The notes below the pieces were generated by a model. It was given only the letters and a program-made list of their open reading frames with translations. It ran no database searches and was not told the origin of the DNA. Made by a program: the position numbers and the translations under genes. Shown here one piece after another: positions 1-10,043 of a stretch of DNA of 64,000 nt; position 1 is the first letter of the stretch; the number at the start of each line of letters is the position of its first letter. This DNA is from an uncultured Gemmatimonadota bacterium. Its GTDB lineage: Bacteria; Latescibacterota; UBA2968; UBA8231. The stretch lies in the NCBI GenBank assembly GCA_903893785.1, contig CAITNQ010000344.1:3451-67450 (forward strand), written 5' to 3'.

Positions 1-2564
1 CGCGGCGTCCAGTGGCGCAGACCGGTGCTGTCGTAACGGCACAGCCCCGTGGTGCCCATGCCAATCCACAGGTGCCCCTGCCGGTCCGCCAACACTGAGC
101 GCACCAGGTTCTCCGGCAGGCCATTGTCCCGCGACAGGCTGAACAGGGCTCGATCGCCGAACAGGGTCAGCCCGCTCTCCCAGGCCGTCGCCCAGACCGT
201 CCCCCCGGTCGCGTTGGCCAGCACGCCGATGGAGTTGGCAGGCAGACCGTCGGCCGTGGTGAAGGCCTGCAGGTGCCGGCCGTCGAAGCGTAGCAGGCCG
301 GCGCCATCGCTGGCCATCCACAGGCGGTTCTCGGCGTCTACCTCCAGATTGCCGATGCGGTTGTTGGGCAGTCCCTGGGCCGCCGCGAACGGGGTGAAGC
401 GGGGGCGTCGGCCGTCCCGCATCAGGGTGAGGTCGGCCCAACTCAGGCCGTCACCGTAATGACTGAGCCAGAGCCGGCCGCGCCGGTCCTCAACCATGTT
501 CTGAATGCGCAGGGATGCCAGCCCGTCCGCCTGCGTGAAGGCCGTGAAGCGGCCATCGTCGAGCACCGCTAGCCCCTGCGGCGTGCCTGCCCAGATCCGC
601 CCGGTGTGGTCCTCGAGCAGGCTCCACACGTCGTCGGTGGGCAGGCCCTGGGCGCGGGTGAACAGCTCGAACTCGCCGGCGTCGAACCGCGCCAGCAGAC
701 TCCCTGTACCAACCCAGATGTTCCCCTCACGGTCCTCAAGCAGGGCCCGGATCTCCTGGCTCTGTGGGAACCCCTCGGCATCGCGCCAGCGGGCATTGCC
801 GAGCCGGCGTCCGAACGCGTAACGAGCCGGCGTGGATCGGGCGCGTGACCCGATCCACAGCCGTCCGTCCTGGTCCTCAACCAGGCTGGTCACTTCCGCC
901 AGGACGTGTCCGGAGTCAGCGGTCACCGGCGTGCAGGGACCGGCCCCGCACCAGGCCAGGCCCTGGTCTGTTCCCAGCCAGAAACCATCGCCGTGGCGAC
1001 TAGGGGCCAGGACATTGCGGGTTGCAGCCCCCAACGGGCCTTGGTTGCGGGCCTCGAAACGACCGGTGGGTTGGCGGCGGAACAGGCTGCCGCCGGCCAC
1101 CCATAGCGTGCCGGTTTCATCTTCCAATAGCGAGGTTATCTGATCGCGATCGAGGCCGTCAGCGCGGGAGAAGGTGGTGAAGCGGGCGCCGTCGAAGCAG
1201 CTTAGGCCGGCCTCGGTCCCTACCCACAGGTTGCCCTTCCGGTCCACCAGCAGACACTGAACCGCATCGTCGGCCAGTCCGTCCTCTACTGTGTAGAGGG
1301 TCATGGTGGCGGGCAGGGCCGGATCGCCGGCGGGTGACAGGTCACAGCGGCAGAGCCCCGCACTGGTGCCAATCCACACCGTGCCTGTCGGGCCCTGCGC
1401 CAGGCAGGTGATCTGGGCGCTGGCTCGGTCGTCGGCGACGACGCAACTGTGGAACCCCCGTCCGTCATACCGGAAGAGTCCACCGGCGGTGCCGACCCAG
1501 AGCCAACCGCTGCGGTCCTGCAGCAGGGCGTTAATAGTGTGGTTGAGCAGGCCGTCCCGCGGCCCGTACATCAGCCAGGCCCCCTGTCGTACGCCGGTCG
1601 CCGTGGGGCCGGCCAGGTGGGTGAGTGGCACGGCCCGGCCGCGGCCCCGCGGCACAGTCATGGTTACCTGCGCCCGCTCCCCGGACGTGAGGGTGACTGC
1701 CTGCCACTGCGGCTGTTGGTGACCTAATTCCAGCGCGACTCGGTACGACCCCGCCGGCAGAGTCAGTCCCCACTCGCCCTGCGTGTCGGTACGTTGCCGC
1801 ACGCACAGGCCGGGGTGGCTGAGTGATTCCAGGCGCACGATCCGATCGGGCATGGAGGTGCCTTCGCCGGCCCACTGTGCCTGACCGGCCAACGCCCCCG
1901 TGTCTGTCTGTGGCGGTGCCACGATCAGGTCACCCCGACGGCTGGCGTTGCCGGACTTGGCGGTTCCCGGCCCCCAAGTGACCCAGCTGAAGGACCCGTC
2001 CTGGTCGCGGTCGGACAGGGCCAGATCGAAGCCGATGGTGCGGGGCTGTTGCAGCGAGTCCGCGGTCAACCCGGTCAGCCCGATACCCCACTCGTATATG
2101 CGGGTCCCGCCGACGATGGACCAGGCACTGCGCACATTGGGGCTGGTCTCACCTCGGGAGGCGCCCCGCAGAGCGTATTGGACGGCCGGCCTGCCCTGAC
2201 CGTGATGGACGTCGACGTAGACCTCGCAGCCGTCTTCCGTCGCCCAGGTACGCATGGGTGACGGGTCGGTTACGGGCGAGTCGTCGGCCATCTCAACGGC
2301 GACGTACAACACCGCGGCCTGCGGGTCCACGGCAACCCGGAACGAGGCCAGGCAGTCGCGCGGGCTAGACAACGGCGCCCCGAACGGCACTTCCGCGATG
2401 GGGTAGCGCTCCATCCCCGAAGGCCAGTCACTCAGGTCACCGTCAACCACCAGGGGGCGGGTTGTTGTGGCCTGAGATACCACGCCATTGTGGCCCCAGC
2501 TGAGTGGCGGTGACGCCGCCAGGGCGACGAGGCAGACGCAGACGCAGCGTGCAGTGCGCAGCAT
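1..2564 (-). CDS. Secreted sensor-type protein, N-terminal part only (signal peptide, CBM9-like module, carboxypeptidase-regulatory-like module, two-component-regulator beta-propeller repeats); continues beyond the left edge
   Basis: Not in the ORF track because it is open to the window edge. Manual reverse-strand translation from the ATG (complement of 2562-2564) gives MLRTARCVCVCLVALAASPPLSWG..VVDGDLSDWP.. It then shows many repeats of the Reg_prop pattern (LWVGTAGGLFRYD, VWIGTSAGLCRCD, LWVGTEAGLSCFD, IWVGTGSLLARFD, LWIGMGTTGLCRYD). No stop occurs down to base 3. Confidence 0.75.
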   Translation of the reverse strand, partial: MLRTARCVCVCLVALAASPPLSWGHNGVVSQATTTRPLVVDGDLSDWPSGMERYPIAEVPFGAPLSSPRDCLASFRVAVDPQAAVLYVAVEMADDSPVTDPSPMRTWATEDGCEVYVDVHHGQGRPAVQYALRGASRGETSPNVRSAWSIVGGTRIYEWGIGLTGLTADSLQQPRTIGFDLALSDRDQDGSFSWVTWGPGTAKSGNASRRGDLIVAPPQTDTGALAGQAQWAGEGTSMPDRIVRLESLSHPGLCVRQRTDTQGEWGLTLPAGSYRVALELGHQQPQWQAVTLTSGERAQVTMTVPRGRGRAVPLTHLAGPTATGVRQGAWLMYGPRDGLLNHTINALLQDRSGWLWVGTAGGLFRYDGRGFHSCVVADDRASAQITCLAQGPTGTVWIGTSAGLCRCDLSPAGDPALPATMTLYTVEDGLADDAVQCLLVDRKGNLWVGTEAGLSCFDGARFTTFSRADGLDRDQITSLLEDETGTLWVAGGSLFRRQPTGRFEARNQGPLGAATRNVLAPSRHGDGFWLGTDQGLAWCGAGPCTPVTADSGHVLAEVTSLVEDQDGRLWIGSRARSTPARYAFGRRLGNARWRDAEGFPQSQEIRALLEDREGNIWVGTGSLLARFDAGEFELFTRAQGLPTDDVWSLLEDHTGRIWAGTPQGLAVLDDGRFTAFTQADGLASLRIQNMVEDRRGRLWLSHYGDGLSWADLTLMRDGRRPRFTPFAAAQGLPNNRIGNLEVDAENRLWMASDGAGLLRFDGRHLQAFTTADGLPANSIGVLANATGGTVWATAWESGLTLFGDRALFSLSRDNGLPENLVRSVLADRQGHLWIGMGTTGLCRYDSTGLRHWTP

Positions 2565-2937
2565 AACACCCGTGCCCGAAGGCATTGGCGAAGCACGAAG
2601 ATGCGGGCAGTGGAATGCAGCTAGCCCAGAAGGCTCAGAGCCGCGTGCCGGCGCACGGTCTCCCCGTCGCTGCCGCGGCGCGTCGCCGGCCCCGTCGGGC
2701 CCGTTGGGCAGTTCCGGTGGCGGCCAATCCGGTCACTACCTGGCGGGCCGGTCGCCACCGCGCCTTCAACCCCACGGCGGCCGTGGCGAGGCCCACAGCC
2801 CGCGGCCCCATGGGCGCCCGGTTCGCGCTCGGTCTCACCAGGGGGGCGCCAAATGCGCATTCGCCCAAATGCACGTCACAATGGTAATACCGCAGCGGCG
2901 GCGGCCGCCAGTAACGCTGCCGCGCTGCGCGTGCGGG

Positions 2938-3225
2938 GGCTGACGCAGCCAGCCGGTGGTCCTCCCGGCGTTGACTCCGCCGGGCCGGCCTGGCCCGCTG
3001 CAGCCGAATGCGCCGGTCAGCGGTACCCGATGCGGGCCGCGGGTGCCGTGGCTGACGCAGCCGGCCGGTCCACAGCCCCCTCGCGAGCACCGCCGGGCCG
3101 GCCTGGTCCGCTGCAGCCGCATCCGCCGGTCCGCAGTACCCGATGCGGGCCGCGGGTGCCGTGGCTGACGCAGCCAGCCGGTCCACGGCCCCTCGCGAGC
3201 ACCGCCGGGCCGGCTTGGCCGGCCA
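2938..3225. repeat. Tandem repeat, 112-113 bp unit, about 2.5 copies, in a 1.2-kb intergenic spacer
   Basis: Units start with GGCTGACGCAGCC at 2938, 3050 and 3163. Shared blocks are CCGCCGGGCCGGCCTGG..CGCTGCAGCC and ACCCGATGCGGGCCGCGGGTGCCGT. The third copy decays after about 60 nt. Confidence 0.85.
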
Positions 3226-3797
3226 ATCGCACGCCCGCTGCCCCACCGGTCGGCACTGGCGGCCGTCCATCTCCTGCGGGCCGGGCGCGTGCCGAGGACC
3301 CAGCCGGCCAGGCCTCTCTGCATCCGGGCAGGCCAGACGACCCGGCCTCGGCCCGCAGCCATGGGCCGCCATGCCGACCACGGCCCGTTACTGCGCCGTG
3401 GCGCGAGATCCCGCCCGCGCGCTCGCGGAGCGACGACAGGTGTGCCGCGACCTCGACTGCGGGCGTTGTGAAAGTCGGCACAAATCCATGTTTGCATGTA
3501 CATTACTGCTACGAATCCCGGTCGCCCGCCCCCAGGCCGGCCGCCAACGTGCCCCCGAATGCCGCGAGAGCGCATGAACCACCGTCTCCGGAGCCGGCGC
3601 CATGTTCGGTGGCTGCCGACGCCCCAGGACAGCCGCGAGCCTGCCCGCGCCTGCGCCGGGTGCGTCCTCAGCCAGGTCGCCATAGCGCTCGGAGCCGACG
3701 CTCGGTTGGCCCCGGCGGCGGACCGCCGCCCCCGGGGTGGAGAGGGTGCCGCCCGCCGCCAGGCCAACGCGCCCTCCGGATCTGGGAGGCGCCCCCG

Positions 3798-6224
3798 GTG
3801 ACGGGCGAAGCCGAGGCCGACCCGCAGGACGCCGATCTGCTGGCCCGCCAGATCGTCGACAGCGTGCACGAGGGCGTTGTGGTCTACGGCCCCGATTTGC
3901 GCATCCGCTGGTGGAATCCCCATATGGAACGCCTGAGCGGATTGGCGGCTGATCAGGTGCTGGCCCGCCATCCGGCAGAGGTGCTGCCTGCAGACCAGGG
4001 CGCTGCCAACCTGGACCGCGTTGCGGCTGCCCTGCGAGGCGAGGTGCCGCCACGGACTGAGGTGGCGCTGCGGGCACCCACCGGTGACACCCGGTGGTAC
4101 AGTGAGGCCACCACGCCCCTGTACGCTGCCAGCGGGGCCATCGTGGGCGCCCTGACGACCCTGCGGGACATAACTGAGCGCCGCGAGGCGGAGGTGACTG
4201 TGCGGGCGAGCGAAGCCAAGTACCGCCTGCTTTTTGACCAGGCCAGCGATGGCATCGCCCTCATGGCGGTCGCCGATGGGTCGCTGCAGGTCAACGACGC
4301 CTTTGCCGCCATGCACGGGTACCGGCCTGAGGAGATGCGGGGCCTGGCGCTGGGCGATCTGGACACGCCGGAGGCTGCCCGCCTGGCCCCGGAACGCCTT
4401 CGGCGCCTGCTGGCCGGTGAGGCTATGACCTTTGAAGTGGAGCACCGCCACCGCCACGGCCATACCTTTCCGCTGCAGGTGTCGGCCCGCGTCGTGCGCA
4501 TGGACGGCCAGTCGTACTTCCTGGGCTTCCACCAGGATATCAGCGAACGGCACCAGGCCGAGCGACGCCTGCGCGAGTCGGAAGACCTGCTGGACATGGC
4601 CTTCAACCTGAACCCCGATGTCGCGGTCATTACGCGCTTGCGTGATCACCGCGTCCTGCGGGTCAGCGCCGGTGTCCACACATTCTTCGGTTTCAAGCCC
4701 GAGGAGATCGTCGGACGCACCACCCTGGAAGCGGGCCTGTGGGCCCACCCCCAAGATCGCGACGAGATGTTGCGCCAGTTGTCCGCGAAAGGCTTTTGCC
4801 GGGAGTTGCGCGCGCTGCTGCGCCGCAAGGACGGCATCTGCTTCCCTGGGTTGCTTTCGGGCCAGGTTTTCGTGTACGACGGCGAGCCGCACCTGGTCAC
4901 GACGGTGCGCGATATCACCCAACGGGTCCGCAGCGAGCAGTCGGCCGCCGCTGACCTGGCCGTCCAGCGTCTGCGCAACGAGATGCTGCTGATCGAAGAG
5001 GACGCGCAGTGGGACCGTCTGGTGGCGGCTCTGGCGCGGGAGCTGCGCGCGCTGGTGGCCTTCGATGGCTGCTCGGTCAACTACCTGCGGGGCGACGATT
5101 CGCGCCTGGCCTACGCCGTCAGCGCGGACGGTCACGTGCGCGCCTATACCCACTGGGAAGCTCACCCGGCTCTGCGGCGCGCCGTCGCCACAGGTCAGCC
5201 GGTGGTGCGCTCGCGGGCCGACGACACTGACTTCGACGCCAAACTCGGCGCCGCAGTTCAGTGGGTGCTGGACGTGCCCTTCATGGGCGGGACGCTGGCC
5301 ATCAACCGCTGCGACGACACGCCGTTCACCGCCGACGATGTCAGCCTGGTGGCCCGATTTGCGCCGGCCATGGCCGAGGGGTACCGCCGGGTGGAGGACC
5401 TGCGGGAACGGCGCCGCCTGGCGGCCGAGTTGGAGCAGCAGCGAGTGCACGCCATTCAGGCGGACCGCCTGCACGCGCTGGGCGAGATGGCCAGCGGCAT
5501 TGCCCACGAACTCAACCAACCCCTGAACGGAATCCGGGCCTTTGCCGAAGGGGTCCTGCTGGCGCCGCGGCTGGGTTGGACTCCGACCCTGGACGAGACC
5601 TGCGAGGTGCTGCGGGACATTGTCGTGCAGGTGGACCGGATCACCGAGATCATCGACCACGTGCGCTTCTTCGCCCGCGCTGACGCGTCCCGCGAAGCGA
5701 GCGAGTTCCCGGTCACCGACGCCATCTCCGGGGCGCTCAAGCTGATGACATCGCAGCTGCGCGTGCACGGCATCGCCGTGGTCCAGCAGGTGAGCGCTGA
5801 CGTGCCTCTCTGCCGCGGTTGGGCCACCCAACTCGAGCAGGTGGTATTGAACCTGTTGAGCAATGCCCGCGACGCGCTCGGCGTCCGTGCGGAGCGCCAG
5901 CGACGCGGCGATCCTGGCGTAGCGACCACCTGGCGTCCACAGGTAACGATCGCGGTGTCGGGAGCCATCGCGGACCGCGTGTGCGTGTCCGTGGCGGACA
6001 ACGGCGACGGGGTCGCTCCCGAGGCGGCGGCCCGCATCTTCGAGGCCTTCTACACCACCAAACCGCCAGGCAAGGGCACCGGGCTCGGCCTGGCCATCGT
6101 GCGTTCCATCGTCGACCGTCATCGGGGCGCCATCGAGGTCGACAACCGTCCTGGCGAGGGGGTCACCTTCACCGTCGTCCTGCCAGCTGCGGATCCGGCG
6201 GGCGGGGTGCGGTCCGGCGACTGA
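3798..6224 (+). CDS. Sensor histidine kinase (3 PAS-like modules, GAF-like module, HisKA, HATPase_c)
   Basis: C-terminal part of ORF 2853..6224. PAS-like blocks are IVDSVHEGVVVYGPDLRIRWWN, YRLLFDQASDGIALMAV and AFNLNPDVAVITRL. The H-box is GIAHELNQPLNGI; ATPase boxes are NLLSNARDA, DNGDGV and GKGTGLGLAIV. The start is set at the in-frame GTG 3798, 7 nt after GGGAGG. The upstream part of the ORF is R/P/A-rich and covers the tandem repeat, so the start is uncertain. Confidence 0.85.
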   Translation: MTGEAEADPQDADLLARQIVDSVHEGVVVYGPDLRIRWWNPHMERLSGLAADQVLARHPAEVLPADQGAANLDRVAAALRGEVPPRTEVALRAPTGDTRWYSEATTPLYAASGAIVGALTTLRDITERREAEVTVRASEAKYRLLFDQASDGIALMAVADGSLQVNDAFAAMHGYRPEEMRGLALGDLDTPEAARLAPERLRRLLAGEAMTFEVEHRHRHGHTFPLQVSARVVRMDGQSYFLGFHQDISERHQAERRLRESEDLLDMAFNLNPDVAVITRLRDHRVLRVSAGVHTFFGFKPEEIVGRTTLEAGLWAHPQDRDEMLRQLSAKGFCRELRALLRRKDGICFPGLLSGQVFVYDGEPHLVTTVRDITQRVRSEQSAAADLAVQRLRNEMLLIEEDAQWDRLVAALARELRALVAFDGCSVNYLRGDDSRLAYAVSADGHVRAYTHWEAHPALRRAVATGQPVVRSRADDTDFDAKLGAAVQWVLDVPFMGGTLAINRCDDTPFTADDVSLVARFAPAMAEGYRRVEDLRERRRLAAELEQQRVHAIQADRLHALGEMASGIAHELNQPLNGIRAFAEGVLLAPRLGWTPTLDETCEVLRDIVVQVDRITEIIDHVRFFARADASREASEFPVTDAISGALKLMTSQLRVHGIAVVQQVSADVPLCRGWATQLEQVVLNLLSNARDALGVRAERQRRGDPGVATTWRPQVTIAVSGAIADRVCVSVADNGDGVAPEAAARIFEAFYTTKPPGKGTGLGLAIVRSIVDRHRGAIEVDNRPGEGVTFTVVLPAADPAGGVRSGD

Positions 6225-6226
6225 AC

Positions 6227-8098
6227 CTACCGAACCGGCGATGGCCCGTCGGGCGGCGCGCTTTCGGGGCGTTCGCCCTGTCCGAGGCGGGCGCCGTCCA
6301 TGGCAGCGGTACGCGCCGCCGGGGCTGCCGGCAGCGACATGACGAACGTCGCCCCTTCACCTGGGTGGTTCTGCAGTTCCAGCCCGCCTCCATGCTCCTG
6401 CATGATGCCGCGGGCGATCGACAGGCCCAATCCGGTCCCCCGGCCGACTTCCTTGGTGGTGAAGAACGGGTCGAAGATGCGTCCGGCCACGGCCTCGGGC
6501 ACGCCACCTGCGTTGTCGATCACCGCCAACCGCACCGGGCCCGAGGCTGTCTCTGCCGTCAGCGCCAGGCGCAGCGTGGGGTGCCAGCCCGAAGGCACGT
6601 GCTCGGCCAGGCGCCGACTCTCCAGGGCGTCCCGGGCGTTGGTCACCAGGTTGAGCAGGGCCTGTTCCAGGCGATTGGCGCGCCCGACCACTTGCGGTAC
6701 ATCAACCGGCGTGTCGACGATGACCTCGATGCCGTGCAGGCGGAGCTGGGCCCCGACCAGCTTGAGGGCTCCATCGACCACTTCGGTCAGGGCGAAAGGG
6801 GCTGGCGAGCTGAGCGAACTGTCCCGGGCGAACGAGCGCATGTGGTCGATGATGGCGGCCATCCGATCCACCAGGGTGACGATCTCGCGCAGGGCATCGC
6901 GGACCTCGCCGCTGCTGGTGGCCCAGCCATGATCCAGGCCGTAAGCCGTGCCTTCGGCAAAGGCCCGGATGCCGTTCAACGGTTGGTTGAGTTCGTGGGC
7001 GACGCCGGCAGCCATCTCGCCCAGGGCCTGCAAGCGGTCGACCTGCAGCGAGCGCAGGCGCTGCTCCTGCACTTCGCGCTCCAGGCGCTGCCTCTCGGTG
7101 ATGTCGCGCGCAACGCCCTGGGTGCCATAGAACACGCTGGCGTTGGGTGCCTCGGTCGTATAGAGGCCCTCGGCGTCGACCAGCAGCGGCACGCTGCCCA
7201 CCACCTCGTCGACGCGCACTTCGAAGGCCCGCGGGTCGCCCCGGCGGCACAGCAGGCGAACCTCGAAAGCGGCTGTGCGCCGAGCCCCGGTGCGCCGTTC
7301 CTTCAGTGGGTAGGTCGCGCCTGCCCGGTCATCGGGATGGACGAAATCCAGCAGGTCGCGGCCGATGAAGTCCTCGGGTGCGTAACCGTAGCGCCGTACT
7401 GCTTCGTTGATGAAAGAAACGTGGCCGTGGGCGTCCAACCGGTAGATGATGTCAGGAACAGCGCGCAGCACCGAGTCCAACCGCGCCTGACTCTCGCGCA
7501 GCGCCTCGATATCCTGGAGGCGCCGCAGGGCGGTCGCCAGCAGACTGGCGAAGCGCCGCAGCAACTCCACATTACTCGGGCCAAAGGCGTCGGCCTGGGT
7601 GCTTGAGAACCCCAGCGAACCCCCCGCGGTGGGAAGCGGCACCTCGATCAGCGTCTCGACTCGGGTGACTGGAAAGCCGTGTTGGGCCAGCCGTTCCCGA
7701 TCCACGAGAACTGGTTCGCCGGAATGCCATGCCTCACCCACCCACGGGTAGCGCGACAGCGGTATCTCGGCTCCGCCCGGATGGCGCGCCGCAGGACGCG
7801 TGGCCCACAGGAACGCATAGTGGCCCGGGGTACTTCCCTGGATCTGCAGCGATGCCTCGTGCAGCGGCACGCCCACGCGGCGGAGCTCGTCCACCCACTC
7901 GCGCTGCAGGTAGCCCAGCAGCTGCCGCAAGTCCTTCAGTGCCAGGATCTGATCGCCCATGCGACTGAGCAGGCGTTCGCGTTCGAGCGTGCTCTGGCCG
8001 GGCGCAGTGCGGTTGGCCCGTTCCTCCGCCAACTGGCGGCGCAGCTCCGCCAGTTCGCGCCGCAGTTGGGCCTTGGACTGGGTCTCGGCGGAGGCCAT
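6227..8098 (-). CDS. Sensor histidine kinase (coiled-coil, GAF-like, PAS, HisKA, HATPase_c), paralogue of 3798..6224
   Basis: ORF 6227..8098. PAS block VPDIIYRLDAHGHVSFIN; H-box GVAHELNQPLNGIRAFAEG; NLVTNARDA, DNAGGV, GRGTGLGLSIA. Confidence 0.9.
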   Translation of the reverse strand: MASAETQSKAQLRRELAELRRQLAEERANRTAPGQSTLERERLLSRMGDQILALKDLRQLLGYLQREWVDELRRVGVPLHEASLQIQGSTPGHYAFLWATRPAARHPGGAEIPLSRYPWVGEAWHSGEPVLVDRERLAQHGFPVTRVETLIEVPLPTAGGSLGFSSTQADAFGPSNVELLRRFASLLATALRRLQDIEALRESQARLDSVLRAVPDIIYRLDAHGHVSFINEAVRRYGYAPEDFIGRDLLDFVHPDDRAGATYPLKERRTGARRTAAFEVRLLCRRGDPRAFEVRVDEVVGSVPLLVDAEGLYTTEAPNASVFYGTQGVARDITERQRLEREVQEQRLRSLQVDRLQALGEMAAGVAHELNQPLNGIRAFAEGTAYGLDHGWATSSGEVRDALREIVTLVDRMAAIIDHMRSFARDSSLSSPAPFALTEVVDGALKLVGAQLRLHGIEVIVDTPVDVPQVVGRANRLEQALLNLVTNARDALESRRLAEHVPSGWHPTLRLALTAETASGPVRLAVIDNAGGVPEAVAGRIFDPFFTTKEVGRGTGLGLSIARGIMQEHGGGLELQNHPGEGATFVMSLPAAPAARTAAMDGARLGQGERPESAPPDGPSPVR

Positions 8099-8101
8099 CG
8101 C

Positions 8102-8443
8102 TTACCAGTCGGCCGTGGCCGCCTCAACGGACTCGAAGACCGGGACCTCCAGGGCCAAGCCCGTAATGCGGAAAGCGCGCCGGAAGTGAGCTGCCGGGTG
8201 GGCCACACGCACCTCGTGGCCCGACTCGCGCAACCGCAGCAGCAGGTCCAGCAGCACCGCCGTGCCGGCGCTGTTGATGAGCGAAGCCTCGCTGAACACC
8301 ACCGCGATGCGTGGGCAGGAGGCCGCCCGGTCCAGAGCCGGAGCCAACTCGGCTTCGGTCGGACCCGACACATAGCCATCCACGCGGACCAGGGCAAAGC
8401 GATCGCTCAGCGATACATCGATGCGAGCTGCGGCCAGCGCCAT
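8102..8443 (-). CDS. STAS-domain protein (anti-sigma-factor-antagonist-like)
   Basis: ORF 8102..8488. Sequence reads ..RIDVSLSDRFALVRVDGYVSGPTEAEL..VVFSEASLINSAGTAVLLDLLLRLRESGHEVRV. Its stop lies 3 nt before the kinase ATG (8098). The start is chosen at the internal ATG 8443, after a G-run. Confidence 0.7.
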   Translation of the reverse strand: MALAAARIDVSLSDRFALVRVDGYVSGPTEAELAPALDRAASCPRIAVVFSEASLINSAGTAVLLDLLLRLRESGHEVRVAHPAAHFRRAFRITGLALEVPVFESVEAATADW

Positions 8444-8852
8444 GGGCGCCCCCCCCGTGAGTGCCACGGCAAACGGCCGCCATCGCAACTGCCCGGCGCG
8501 CCGCTCCGTCGCGTAGCCAAGCTACGCTCTCGGACTCGTGACGGCAACGTGTGTTCGGTCGTCCTGAGGGACGACGGCCTGGAGGACCGTACGGGCACCC
8601 TGGAAGGTCCCTCAGGGGGGGGCGTCCATCGCCCTCATTCGCGGGGGGCCGGCCGACCCCGCGCCCCGGCGGGGTGGGCCCCAGGGACCTACCGCGCTCC
8701 GCGCGGCGTCCGCCTTGCCGGGGCCGCAGGGCCCGGGTAGATTGGCTGCGCCGGCGTCGCGGCCGGGTCCGCGGGGCCCGGGACGTCCCGCGGCCCTGGG
8801 TCACCGCCGGGCCGTCCGCGCGCTATCCCCAGGGCAGAGCTGAGCGCAGGTC

Positions 8853-10043
8853 ATGTCTATTTTCCACTTCCTGGTCCCGGTGTACCTGGGTCTGGCACTC
8901 CTGGTCGGTTGGCGCCTGTGGCGTCTGGCCGTCGGGACGAGGCTGCGGCCGTGGGCGAGTGGGTTTTATGCCCTGCTGGTCCTGCTTCTCCCCCTTGCCG
9001 ATCGGGCCACGCACGCGGGCGGCGCGGGTCTGCTGCCCTCCTGGCTGCAGTCGCTGGCTCTCTACGCGCCCCCGTATCTGCTGAACGTGTTGCTGATGCT
9101 CGTTCCTCTGGATCTGCTGGTGGGTCTGGCTGGCCGGGCACGGTTGGTGGCGCCGGCTGCCATGGCGTCACCAGCTGTGGCGCGGTGCCGCCTGGCCGCG
9201 GTACTGGGCCTGCCGTTGGGCATCGTGGCTTGGGGAGCCGACGCCTACAGCCACCTGACCATCTCTCCCTATGCTATTGCAGTACCGCGCCGGCAGGCCA
9301 CGGTGGCGCAGGTACGCCTGGCTGTGGCCAGCGATTTCCACCTGGGCAGTCGCACCCGTCCTGGCTTCGTCGAAGCTTTTGTCAACCAGGTCAACGGCCT
9401 CGGTGTTGACCTGCTGCTGCTTCCCGGGGACGTGGTGGAGGGGGGGCGCCGGGGGGCCGTGGCCGAGGCGCAGGCCACTCTCTTGGCTGGCCTGCGGACC
9501 CGCTACGGCGTCTTCGCGGCGTTGGGCAACCACGAAGGTTACGGCGGCGTACCGCGGGCGTTCTTCCAGCGCGCCGGGATTGTCCTCCTGGCCGACAGTG
9601 TGGCCACCATTCCGGGCGTGTGTCGCCTGGTGGGCCGGCGCGACGGCCACGGGCCGCGTCGCCAGTCGCTGGCCGCGCTGTTGAGCCAGACCGATGCTTC
9701 GCTGCCGATTTTCGTGCTCGATCATCGGCCGGTCGACCTGGCGCTGACCGCCGCCGAAGACGTTGACCTGCAGGTGTCGGGCCATACTCACCATGGTCAG
9801 CTATTCCCGCTCAACCTGATCACCGGTTGGCTCTATGACTTGAGTTGGGGCCATCGGCAACTGGGGCGCACCCACTTCATCGTCACCAGCGGCACGCAGG
9901 GATGGGGCCCTCCCGTGCGCACCGTCGGCAGATCGGAGATTGTGGTGATTGAACTAAGCCTGGTGGACCCGCCCGCAGCCACGGTGGCGGGGTACGGCGG
10001 CCTGGTCGGCCGCGGTGACCCCCAGCGCGTCACGGTCCCATGA
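8853..10043 (+). CDS. Membrane-anchored metallophosphoesterase (calcineurin-like)
   Basis: ORF 8853..10043. Hydrophobic N-terminal third, then the motifs VASDFHLG, LLLPGDVVEG, GNHE and VSGHTHHGQ. Confidence 0.85.
   Translation: MSIFHFLVPVYLGLALLVGWRLWRLAVGTRLRPWASGFYALLVLLLPLADRATHAGGAGLLPSWLQSLALYAPPYLLNVLLMLVPLDLLVGLAGRARLVAPAAMASPAVARCRLAAVLGLPLGIVAWGADAYSHLTISPYAIAVPRRQATVAQVRLAVASDFHLGSRTRPGFVEAFVNQVNGLGVDLLLLPGDVVEGGRRGAVAEAQATLLAGLRTRYGVFAALGNHEGYGGVPRAFFQRAGIVLLADSVATIPGVCRLVGRRDGHGPRRQSLAALLSQTDASLPIFVLDHRPVDLALTAAEDVDLQVSGHTHHGQLFPLNLITGWLYDLSWGHRQLGRTHFIVTSGTQGWGPPVRTVGRSEIVVIELSLVDPPAATVAGYGGLVGRGDPQRVTVP

Noticed and set aside
2853-3797. N-terminal 315-aa extension of the kinase ORF 2853..6224
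   Set aside because: It is R/P/A-rich with no domain, and it runs straight through the 112-113-bp tandem DNA repeat. An in-frame GTG with a GGGAGG RBS at 3798 immediately precedes the first PAS module.
2835-6122. 1095-aa minus-strand ORF antisense to the PAS histidine kinase. Similar long ORFs are 5819..7606 (+), 37518..40460 (+), 55516..56592 (+), 55902..56981 (+), 25049..26923 (-) and 21630..22982 (-).
   Set aside because: All lie antisense or out of frame to ORFs with clear domain signatures. They are dominated by R/A/G/P/H, have no recognisable motifs, and are the expected stop-poor shadow frames of very GC-rich DNA.
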